This document shows, one piece after another, positions 1 through 21,619 of a stretch of 64,000 bases of DNA. Every line of letters begins with the position of its first letter. The first letter of the stretch is position 1. Source of the DNA: Trichoplax adhaerens. Taxonomy: Eukaryota > Animalia > Placozoa. Position numbers and translations under genes: made by a program. The notes below the pieces were generated by a model. That model was given only the letters and a program-made list of their open reading frames with translations. It had not been told where the DNA came from and made no database searches. The stretch spans positions 4,383,320 to 4,447,319 of the forward strand of contig NW_002060948.1 of NCBI RefSeq assembly GCF_000150275.1. The letters are read 5' to 3'.

Positions 1-1219
1 CGAGTTAAGAAAAATTTGCCTTTATACAAAGTTACTGGTTAGTAACAGACTAAGTGCAGCACCCGAACAGTATTGATAGAATCGTCGATAATATTCACAA
101 CGTGCATGATTAGATTCATTTCAATGATATAGCATCCTCATTAATAATCATAATGTCATGCAGAAGTCAGTTATTTATTTTCTGATAACAATATAGTATT
201 ACAGAATACTGCCGACATATCGTTTAAGAAATTAAATTATAAATTACTAGCACGTTCGCTATGCTTCGCGTACCGTATGTACCTGCACTTTTTACTTTAC
301 AATTATCATAATGGCAAGCTAGTGAGATTTCATAATTAGCTCATATACGTTTTTCATTATATTTTGTTCAATTTCCGCATTCCTTGCTTTTGCTTATTGT
401 AATCAAATATAAATAACAGATAATAAAAAACTTGCAGAACATTAGACTTGAATCCGAACACTAAAAATATTTATCGTTTTATTACGATACTATTAGAAGA
501 ATACCTAACTGTAGTAGTCAGAGTAAAATAACCAGTCGAAACTGCATTAATTAGTGTTAGCATTCCTTATATATCGCAAACAAAGCAATTATGAAACCGC
601 TTGAGCCAGATGTACAGATAATCACTATTTAAAGCAATAATTGTAATGTATTGCCCGATTTCATTAAATTTATGATCACAAGCTCACCTGCGAAGCAATA
701 TTATTGGAATGCATAGGTTAATGTAAGATAGTAGTAATGGTAACTGTAATTACAACGAAGCCTATATTGCTATGAATTGGAATCGGATGAGTCGCGGAAT
801 TAAATACCTAACCTACATAGAATTTCGTGTAAATAACAATCAACAAACACCGAAAACCGTAACACTGTTTTAAAAGCAAATAATTAAGTAGCCACATACC
901 TAACCTCATTCCACTATACCTTTGACATAAAAGCTATCATCTTTTTTCAACACCATTATTCCAATACAGTTATAATCTTTCCCTTGCATTACGCTTTAAC
1001 ATAATAAAAATACGTAATCCAATCCGAAAGAAGAAATGAATGGTAACTCATAGCTTCTGATGCTATTTGCTGTTAATTTAAACTCATTATTTTCGGCTTT
1101 ATCAAGTACATATGCAATAGTAAAACATTATTTCTTGTAAATCGGCAAAGTGACGATGAATTTCTTTATGTACGGTATGAAAGGAAAAATTTTACAAGTC
1201 TAACAATTTTGTCCCTCAG

Positions 1220-2268
1220 ATGAAGGTAGCATCATAGAACGAAAAAGAGTAGTTGAAACGGAGGATGAGTTGCAAGGCATCGGTACTTACATGAATTGCA
1301 GATCTAAAACCTGATTTACTAATAATACACTTTCTTTTATCCTATAAACATGCTATATAGCCAACTTAAATATCACTTGTAAAATTTCAAATTCCATGTA
1401 TGTTTTGATGCAGTTGATCAGTTTAACGACGATGAAGATGAATCAGATTGGATTGAAACTGGAGGTATGCCGCTTGAGAAACAAAAATTTATGTGATGTA
1501 CGAATTAAAACAATTGAAATTTATTTGCCCCTATAGACGAGTTACTTATTGCAGAACAAAATATCAAAGGTTAGACCTACTAGAAGTAAATTTATATTAT
1601 CAGATATACTATTAAAAGTTATTTTGAGCATTCTGTGCTCCATGCGTTCTCTTTAAGTTACAGACATACCTTACAATCATTTCGTATTTCTGTCTTTTTT
1701 GTCTTGCACCATGGATTTATTGAACTATATATTATATATATATATATACATATATTTAAAATTTTAATGCTTGATCGACCATATTGGCACTTGAACGATA
1801 GATGGGAAGCAATATACGAATTTTGATGATTTTAAAGAAGGTAAATACCATTTATCATCGATTCACATTAATTAATGTGGTAGTACTCGTAATTTTGGGT
1901 TTAGAAATTTTGAATTATGAAAGGAATGCATCTAAATATCAAACCCTAACTTACGTGTATTTAATTTAATGAAGTGATCGGTAAATTTGAAGACAATATC
2001 GACACGACTACATTCGAAAAGTGTTTTAAAACTAAAGGTAGGGCTACAATACATTACAATAATATCAATTTCGTAATATTACACATAATATAACATCCAA
2101 CTGCACAGTTTGATAAAGAAATACAGGTAAGTAACATCTATATATCAAAGCTAGTAACTCTTTATGATTAATAACATTAGTCTAGATCAACGATAAATAA
2201 AGCAATATCAACAATTTAATTTTCTTATAGAACTATGCGATACGTATTCCTGCGATGAAAGTGATCTT
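1220..2268 (+). CDS. Probable spliced acidic N-terminal micro-exons of the tyrosine recombinase gene
   Basis: AG/GT-bounded, stop-free phase-1 exons at ~1220-1282 (DEGSIIERKRVVETEDELQGI), 1414-1464 (VDQFNDDEDESDWIETG), 1537-1569, 1802-1840 and 1975-2037. They join in frame to the phase-1 acceptor at 2231. The start codon is uncertain (possibly ATGAATG|gt at 1036). Confidence 0.55.
1726..1755. repeat. Imperfect (TA)n microsatellite
   Basis: tatatattatatatatatatatacatatat. Confidence 0.8.
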
Positions 2269-3603
2269 ATGTCAATCATTGATCCAAATGATCCTAAATC
2301 GGAACTTTCAAGAAAATTAGATGAAGATATAGATGGCGAATGCAAGAAATGGATCGAAACCCTGCGTAGTAGAGAAAAAGTTTCTGCAATTCCTGAATTG
2401 ACCTCAGTTGTAGGCAAAACTAGATGGCTCTTAAAAGAATACGGCTATATGAAGCATTTTGATAGAGGAAAATTTAAAGAAGTAGAAGGATACTATCACG
2501 ATTTAGGCAAGCCTGATAGCGGATGTAATCAGCTAGCCATCTACGTTAATCGTTATTTATATTGGTGCTCATCGGGAACAGCTCTAAACTGGGAATATTT
2601 AAACGATTCTCATCTGATAAAAGACTACATTAAGGAAATGCATGAGAAAACAAATTGTTCAGCTTCTTTCCTATGTAACATTATTATTGCAATATTGCGT
2701 GGAAGAAGATTTGCTGTGGCACAAGGAATGATTTCTGAAGCAACAGAATCTCAAAAGATACTGCTTGAAGATGTATTGAAGAAATATCGTACACTTATGA
2801 AGCAAAGATCTCGCGATATCTCTCGAAACTTACGTAAAAGAGGTTCAGTTTTAGAACCTAAAATGTTTTTCAAAGCGGTTAACAAACCAGCATTAATGAA
2901 AAAGTATAATGATCTAGTGACATATTCCAAAATGATCAAGAAGAAAAATGGAAAACTGCCAGATAGAATGTATATCTTCGGTTTAAGATTTACATTAGCA
3001 CATATGTTGTTAAGCTGTGCTTCTAGGCCTGGTCCATTATACAATTTAACGTTAAACGATATGCGCTGCTCTCGAGGCAACTGGGATGACGAGAAAAGTG
3101 AAGTTATTATTACTGTTTTAGATCATAAAACAGGCAAATGCGATGATGCTCGCTTTATTTTAAGTCATTATTCTAAAGTTGTGGTAAGAGAATTTTGGCA
3201 CTATATTCGACCTTTGGTACCTCAGATAGAGGATGGAAATGATGCATACTTTTATCTAAATTCGTCAGGAAAACGTTTATGCTCATCACAGGTAAACTCT
3301 CATGTTCGAGTCATATTTAAAGTAGCAGGTATTGAAGGATTTACAACTACATTGCTCAGAAAAGCCATTGAAAGCGCTTCGGCTAATCGATTCTCGATGA
3401 AGGATCAAGAAAACGTTGCTACACTACTAAACCATGACACACAAACGGCTGATAGGTACTATAAAGTTTACATTAATAATGAAGAAAAGGCATACAAGGG
3501 TTGGGAAGCTATTAATTTGCTTTACAGCGGTAAGTCACCGGAACACGACGAGGATGACTACGAAGATATTCGTGATTTTCCAAAGCATGAAATTAAAGAA
3601 TAG
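2269..3603 (+). CDS. Tyrosine recombinase (phage-integrase fold), main exon; Crypton-like transposase candidate
   Basis: 444-aa ORF with YR catalytic motifs in the correct order: R (SCASRPGPLYNL), K (DHKTGK), H-x-x-R equivalent (TTLLRK), then H and the nucleophile Y (LLNHDTQTADRYY). The frame stays open upstream to an AG acceptor at 2229-2230. Confidence 0.85.
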   Translation: MSIIDPNDPKSELSRKLDEDIDGECKKWIETLRSREKVSAIPELTSVVGKTRWLLKEYGYMKHFDRGKFKEVEGYYHDLGKPDSGCNQLAIYVNRYLYWCSSGTALNWEYLNDSHLIKDYIKEMHEKTNCSASFLCNIIIAILRGRRFAVAQGMISEATESQKILLEDVLKKYRTLMKQRSRDISRNLRKRGSVLEPKMFFKAVNKPALMKKYNDLVTYSKMIKKKNGKLPDRMYIFGLRFTLAHMLLSCASRPGPLYNLTLNDMRCSRGNWDDEKSEVIITVLDHKTGKCDDARFILSHYSKVVVREFWHYIRPLVPQIEDGNDAYFYLNSSGKRLCSSQVNSHVRVIFKVAGIEGFTTTLLRKAIESASANRFSMKDQENVATLLNHDTQTADRYYKVYINNEEKAYKGWEAINLLYSGKSPEHDEDDYEDIRDFPKHEIKE

Positions 3604-4015
3604 TAATAATTAATTTCCTAAATTATATTATACTTTATCAGAACTAATACACATCATATCATAAACATTCTTTCATTAACTTTTACGTCATTCATTCTGA
3701 ATCTTGTAATCACTAATTCTGTATTACCATCAGTTTTGTATACTGTCGAATCTTCAGTATTGACTCTATGACCTCATTCGATCACGCAATCTATAACAGA
3801 TTTCTCGTCTGAATTTATTATTACCTACTTATGATAAATAATGAGTATCATCTAGATCAAAAAATTGATAAAAAGTAATAAGATGTTTGATTTGATTGTA
3901 TTGCTTCCAGTTTCGGCGAAATAAATAAAAGTAAGCATAAAAATTAGTAATGTGATTAGCATTCAAAGTATATAGAGATAACTCTTCCACTCCTTGAATG
4001 ATAGAAAGAACTTAA

Positions 4016-4565
4016 AACCATGAGTTCATAGTAGCTTTTCATGTAAGAATAAAAGACACAGGAATGATTTCGCTCAAAATAACCAAGTATATATTTACTA
4101 ACTCAATATCTACGGTATATGAGGACAAAACCACTACGAAAAATGGGCTTTGAATTTAACCTAAGCGGCTAAACCATTATATAGTCATTACAGTCATTGC
4201 TTCATTTATCCTGTTCTAGAAATATCTTGCTAACCATGAGTTCTATGTAGTTAATAGGTTCAATAATGAGTTAATTTTGATCTATGTAAAATTTTGCACA
4301 GATATTTTCGCTTAAAATAATTAAGAAGTAGATTTACTAACTCAATAAAATCATTAGCACAGAAACCACTACGAAACAAATGAACATTGAACTTTCCTAA
4401 GTGGCTAAGCCATTAGATAATCATCATAATCATTATTGCATTTTTCATCCTTTTCAAGAAAAGCCTTACTAACCATAAATTCCAAAAATTTGTTTGGAAC
4501 AATCATATACTAATTTAATCTAAGTAAAATTTTGAACAGACATTTTTCGAAAGACATTTAAAATT
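4016..4565. repeat. Degenerate tandem repeat, ~238-bp unit, ~2.3 copies
   Basis: Recurring blocks: aaccatgagttc (4017, 4232; aaccataaattc 4471), tttcgctYaaaataa (4068, 4306), atttactaactcaata, aaaccactacgaaa, cctaagYggctaa. Confidence 0.8.
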
Positions 4566-5838
4566 TCCTTTACTAGAACAATTCTAGTAATGCTGTCAGG
4601 AGAAAGAAACCTAATGGATATAGCATAAATGCTAGATAGATTCAAGCTATATCTTTCTGTTGCAATTAATACTGTAATTATTTTAATGTCTAATCAATAT
4701 AATATTGAAAGAAAATATTATGACTAACTTTGAATAATCGCTTTATCTTCGGTAGTGAGTTATTGTAAGGCTAGATCATCTTATAATAGCCTGGTTAATT
4801 AATAAGGTGGTTACTATTCTATCGAAAGTAGTAAAATGGAAGCTCCTTAGAAAACAGTATCTAGCACTATCGGTTGCCGCTAATTCTTTAATTTGTTTAT
4901 GGCTTTGAATTGATGTTGAAAGCGAAGAGATCTCATCTAATATAATAGTTTTACTAGGTGGAATGTCGAATATGAACAAGTATTCATAAAACATCACTGC
5001 TTGTCCAGTAAAGGCTTCTTACAGATGAATTAAACAGATTTTACTACAATAAATAAAATATCTCATTAATACAGGACTGGATAAAATTTTGAATCCCTTC
5101 ATGACTTATTATGGCCGGTACTTATTTACATTTAGTAGTAGACCCCTCGCTCGTTATACTTTACTGCACATGAACAATTTCCCTGAATCGCCCGTAATTT
5201 ATAACTTCATAAATAAATTAAATTAAATTAACTTTTTAAGCTTGCTTTCATGTAGTCTAAGTTAACGGACAAAGCACTGTAAATTCTCAGTTAAATATAA
5301 TATTATTTTACGATTTTCGTTCGGTATATAATTATACTATAATAATGTGATGTGCACTTGTGCAGTAAGAAACGCGTAATGCGCACTCTTCTCTCTCTCG
5401 TAGTAATGATGACCTCTAACTGATTACTGTAGCCTATAGTAGATGATCTGGCATACTATATATACATATGGGAGATGAGCCAGTAGCCTAGTGTACGATG
5501 TATATTTATTTTAATATAGTTCAATATTATCAGTATTACGATTATACTGTACTTGGAAATTAATCATGAGCTAGAGCATAAACTATTAAATTCGCCAGAA
5601 ATTTAGTCCGTGGCTAGAGGCATAGCGCAGCGTAGATTCTTCAGCAGCTGAGCCAGAGGCATGAAGTAGTTTATTTTATGGTCTCTACCGTACAGTAGCA
5701 GAGCCAGTAGCTTAGTTATTTTCAGCACTAAGCATGTTGAACACACGAGCTGTTTCTAATACACTTTCTTCACAAAACTGTACAATTCTGATTATAATTA
5801 TTACAGTAAATGATAGCTTAATGCAGGTGTATAGGCTT

Positions 5839-5888
5839 NNNNNNNNNNNNNNNNNNNNNNNNNNNNNNNNNNNNNNNNNNNNNNNNNN
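5839..5888. other. Assembly gap (50 N)
   Basis: Run of 50 n. Confidence 1.
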
Positions 5889-6994
5889 AGCTCGATCTAA
5901 GACTAGAGTTTGCTATAAACCCCATGGTCAGTATTTATTCTAGAGCGGGGCTCGTGTAAGATTATTTATTTTAAGTATTGTACTGTAAATGTGATTAAGT
6001 AACAGCAAGAAGAAAAGAAATCGAATTGATAAAGATTTCTTGGGCTTAGGTGCAGTGCTGTGTTGTAATGTCTATAGCTCGCCGTACAACTAACTCTACG
6101 AGGAAAAATTCGAGTAATTTTGGCTTTCTAGCCCTGTACTACGAGTAGCACTGCTCTGTCAACGATAGTAAATGTGACCTATAGCATTTTGAATCGAGTT
6201 CTGTTACACTTATATACCTAGACACTTTATTTATCGTACTGCTTAATCAGACCCATACGCTTAAAATTTACGAGCACTACCACAATTCGAAAATTTGCAT
6301 ATTTGCGTCCTGAAACGTGTGTTACGTTAAGTGGAGAATACACTACTAAGCTTAAAAATTAATTATATAACATCCGAACCCTGTCGCATAATAAATTACA
6401 GGAATAAAACAGGACATGGAATATTTCATAGCGCTTTTAGCTCCCGATTACCATTACTTAGCTTGATAATAGCAGTTCTAAAGCACATCCACAATTCTCT
6501 AGCTCAGTGCAAGCAACGCAAACTGAATACGGAATAACATGACACATTGTAATAACTACCGTATATAGTTGGCCAAGTTATTAGTCAATAAAGGCTTATT
6601 AAAATTAATTTATATTTACTATTTGATAAATTAGATCTTTCAGCTATTCACCTATTTTCACTGATATTATGAATACCATACGTTATATTATTACAGCAGA
6701 ATGTATTACAAGAAAATGCAGTTCTAGATATCTGATAATGGAGAAAATCTACTAAATAACGTGAGAATGGGTATCTGTAATCTATGCTAATAATAAATAG
6801 CTTATATTACGGACATCGAATACTGCGCATAACAGCTAAACTTTAAATATCTGCATTGTAATATTTGCAACGCGAACTTAGAATATATTTCAACTGTTAT
6901 TCTCGAATCTGCTTTCTTTATTGAGTAATTATATTACTACCCATACATTACATTTTAGAAGTTGACTTGATCACATTGGCAGTTAGTAACTTTA

Positions 6995-17335
<10,341 letters not shown>

Positions 17336-19056
17336 ATGTGCATCAGTATTTTGGAGTGAATACAGTTAATAAAATGAGAAGATAAATTTATGTGTATTTT
17401 ATTATTATTGCAGTGATAACGTGATCCTTGAATACCTCGTATCGACAGCTACAGCATTGAAATAATAAGATTTCAATCAGCTGTCAAGGACTTTATTAAT
17501 TTTACTCGTACTATTCTATTTTATCACTGAAAAATAAATTAGTACAGTATAAGCAACATCAAAGTACGATCAAAGACTGGATTACTAGGATCAAAAAGTT
17601 TGATTATGAGTAAAGAAAAGACAAGATAGCAGTCCAATGATTTGATTAATACTCGTGCATTAAAATCCTGATTGCTTAATAGGTAATCTCGCCTGCTTTC
17701 TTAAATTAAAGGGTTACAAATACCTCTTCTATGAAACAGTGCATGGCATGAAAAAGGTGGTAGAAGATTATTTATAAAAACACTGACAACATTAATTATT
17801 ACGTTCCACAGTTCTAACGTAGTTTCCTGCATATTACTTATATACAGTATCTTGTTCTAGTCAGACATCGCTTTAATAAAAGGAAGCTATCTCAGTACGT
17901 AGAAATATGTCGTTCGCTATAGCACGTATGCTTATGTTCTATTTCCAAAGGCTCAATTATTCACAGTAATTACTCGTATGTTGAACTACGCAGTGATTTT
18001 TATTTAATCATTCGATCTAAGGTTCGTTCAGCAAATTTTTAGTCCATTATGTGTAATACTGGGAATAGTTGATTATTTGAATGTGAAGACCGATAATTAT
18101 GATACTGTATGCAAATTATAGCTCACCTAGGGTAGTTTGGATAAAAATGATTAAAAATAACCAAAATACTTTATAATTCAGCAGCGCCATCAGGATGTAC
18201 TTGATTTTCTTTTTGCTAATTTCACGCTATCACCGAATAGGCTGTCAATGGCATAGTTTGACGAAACTGGTAGGAGCGCATACTATGTTGCTTTTTGAAA
18301 TCTTATTATGGCAAATAACTCTGTACTTATACTACCATTGATTGATGGATTGGGTTTCAAAACACAAATATGAGCGATTACTTAATAAACAATATGAAAT
18401 ATTACGATCCAAATAGAGGCATCTATTTTAGATCTGTATTTTTATTTATATGCCCTTATATAGAAAGTATCGGCAAAAAATATTATAAAATCAATAAAAA
18501 ATAGGACATATCGTGGCGTTGTGATTAATACTTTATTTTTAAGTCAGATTCTGTTATAAAAACCCTTACTTTAGATTTCAAATTTTGTTCAATTAATTGA
18601 TTAACAGCATAAAGAACGTTCTTGAAGGGGATTTCTGAATTCACAGAATGTTTAAATTTTGAATAGTCACCGTCTTGGTGTAAAAAAAAATATTTATTGT
18701 TATCATAACATGTTCGTTTGTTTCTGTTAATGTTCTATTTAGGTGATGACATGATAGTCAAATTTTCAGATATTTAAACATAACTTTGTAACATATTAGC
18801 GATTCGAATATAATGATCATTTTATCAATTCATTACTTAATAGACTGCCTTTAATTACTGGCAAGGATTAACTAGAGGTTAGTGGTTTATTGCTTTATGC
18901 GTTGTTTTATTAATTTTATTTTATGCTAAAATTTTAAAGTCAGCGTAGAATCATTTCGAAACAAGCTGTATAGAAAATACTCTTGTGGTTTTTATCTAGA
19001 TTTGTTTTTGTTGAAATGAAATGCTAAATGGGGTTCTAGTTAAAAGATACGCGTAT

Positions 19057-19985
19057 ATCCCTTTGAGCCAATCGGAGCATCAAAACAATTAAAAAAACAT
19101 TCTCAAGCAAGAAGTCATCCCTTCTATTATTGAACCACAAATTTTGATTCATTTTCTACTATATCTATAATGAAGAAAGCACCGAAAATTAAGCAAATTC
19201 CTTCAGAAATGTGTAATTCTATCTTAAAATATTCCTTTTGGTCTATTGAAGTATCATTGCAACTCAATATAACAGTCTCAAACTAGAAACCATCTCTTCT
19301 ATTGTTTGATGATAAATTTTTATTTAATTTTCTGCTTAAGTCAGTGACGCAGAAAACGTCAAAACTGTGCAAATTCTTTACGAAATAACTCTAACTTGAA
19401 TCTTTACTCTCAAACTTAAAACATTTCTTTAAGCTGATTGGAGCATAAAAGCAACTCATATAACATTCTCAACTGAGAAGCTATTTTTTCTAGTATTTGA
19501 GGATAATTATAGCTCACTTTCTATTAAAATCTATAACAAAGAATACGTCGTATACCAGGCAAATCTTTCCTTACAAAGTAACGCTTACTTGAATCTTGAA
19601 GATCAAACATCCCTTTGAATCTATCAGAGCACGAAAGCAACTAAAATAAGAATCTAAATCGAGAGGCCGTTCCCTTTATTGTTTGACGATTATTACGATT
19701 CATTTTCTGTTAAAAATCAGTGACGAAGAAATTGCTGAAAACTAGTCAAACTCCTTATAAGACAGCTCTATCTTAATTCTTTACAGTTAAATTTAAAACA
19801 TCCCTTTGAGTCTATTGGAGTATTAAAGCAACTATAAATAACATTCTTAACAAGAAGCTATTAATTCTACTATTTGGTGATAAATTAAATGCGTTTTTTG
19901 TTAAAATTTGTGACGAAGTTTACATCAAAAAACCAGGCAAATTCCTTAAGAGATAACTAACATAAATCACTACAGTCAAACATGA
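19057..19985. repeat. Degenerate tandem repeat, ~175-191-bp unit, 5 copies
   Basis: Units start near 19057, 19231, 19422, 19609 and 19800. Consensus ATCCCTTTGAGTCTATTGGAGCAT.AAAGCAACT..ATAACATTCTCAA...GAAG...TTCTA...TCAGTGACGAAGAA...GCAAATTCCTTA. Confidence 0.9.
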
Positions 19986-21619
19986 AAATGAATGATGTTG
20001 CATAGTCGTTGGTATGTCGAATTAAAATTTCAAGGGCTTTATTTAGATAAAATGTATCGAATTTGTGCACACCACTTTGTTAGATTCCTATGAAGTCTGT
20101 CGACGTAAGTCATCCATCCATTCTGAATTCCTATTACACGAATGCGAAATCTACTAAATGATATCCACGCCTAATCTTAAAAGATTGGCTAAATTAAATA
20201 GTAACGTCTCCACTAGTAGTTAAAAACAGCATTTGCATCTTTAATACTACCAATATTACTAATATAAAAGCGTAGCCTTGCTGGAAATAAGTGCGTGCTG
20301 TAGTGCATGGATAGTTAACTACCGATATAGACAACAATGATAGGTTAACTTTGGTACTGTAGTACCGATACTTTTAATGCTTAGCAATTGAAATAGTCCT
20401 GTAAGAAAGTAAAAGAGTAATGTGTTATAGGTATGGATTAGAGCCCCTTGATGTGGATATTATATGATAATGCAAATAGCTGGTGCTCATTTCGCTAAAA
20501 CTAGAAAGATAATTACAGTAGCAAGCTGAGTTTGGTCCTTAAATTTCCATTTGCGAAGGAGATACTCATATTTATTGCAGTGCATTTATATATACGAGTA
20601 CGTATATGCAAATAAATTTGACAGTAATTTGATCATCTACTAAGACCGCTTGTAATTTGCATGTCTTTTATACAAAAATTAAAACTAATAATGCTATTAC
20701 AATGCAAGAATTAGTGATGATAAGGTATTTAGCAAATAACAAGAATTTAATTTGTAAAGCGCAATAGTAAGTTCTACAAACATCGCAAAGTATTAATAAA
20801 GAAATAATTTTTAACAGTTGCAATTAATTTAGCAAACAGCCACGGGTACTTGTGAGTAAATGTCAAGGAAAGATTATAGTATATGCTATATATTCCTATT
20901 TTGCTACGAACTTATCTAGTCATTATTGATATGGCGAATTATATTAGTACCTTAGATCTTTTAACCGATAAATATCTTATACATACTGAGTTGCACTATG
21001 AATATTAATTAATTAATAGTTATTATTATCAATCATCAAAACTTTTTTCTTTAATATTAGAATTTTAGAAGTATCTTTCTTTATTGGAAAAATACATCAA
21101 GGTAATTAGACAAGTACCAATATCGATAGCATCAAAGCGTCAATGTGAGGATCAAATTAACTCTAAAAATGATCAAATTAAGCGCGTTAGCTACCTCAAT
21201 GACCAATACAGAAGTGATTTATCTTTTAAATCTAATTCATAACAAATAAATGGAAAATAATTTTGAAGTATTAAATACAAATCAGTCTACTGGCTGTGAA
21301 CTACCGAGAGAATTCAAGTATAATACTGTAGTTTATGGAATCTGTAGACATTTTTCTTTGTCCCTAAATATACGAAGCTTTGTACTATTTCACATGCTTC
21401 TAAGATTTATTTAGTGAATTTTAAGGGTTTAATGCAATAAAAAATTGCGGTAAGTAGAAATTTAATGGATCCATATTATCATTTGCAAATAATAAACTGA
21501 AAAATCTAATAATTTTCCTAACCTAATATGTAATACGTACCATGTAACATGAATATGAAGCGAATTTTTAAAGATAATCTAAGTATTATTATCATGATTG
21601 CGATTGTTTATAATCTGAA

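Noticed and set aside
4776-4997. 73-aa minus-strand ORF as possible YR cargo gene
   Set aside because: No recognisable motif or supporting exon structure.
250-5838. Terminal inverted repeats around the YR (gcatagcg and acctgca matches between ~255-290 and ~5620-5835)
   Set aside because: Matches are only 7-8 bp and not collinear, and the gap hides the right side. Element ends cannot be defined.
19057-19985. Possible CRISPR array
   Set aside because: Units are similar along their whole length, with no identical short repeats or unique spacers, no cas genes, and a eukaryotic context.
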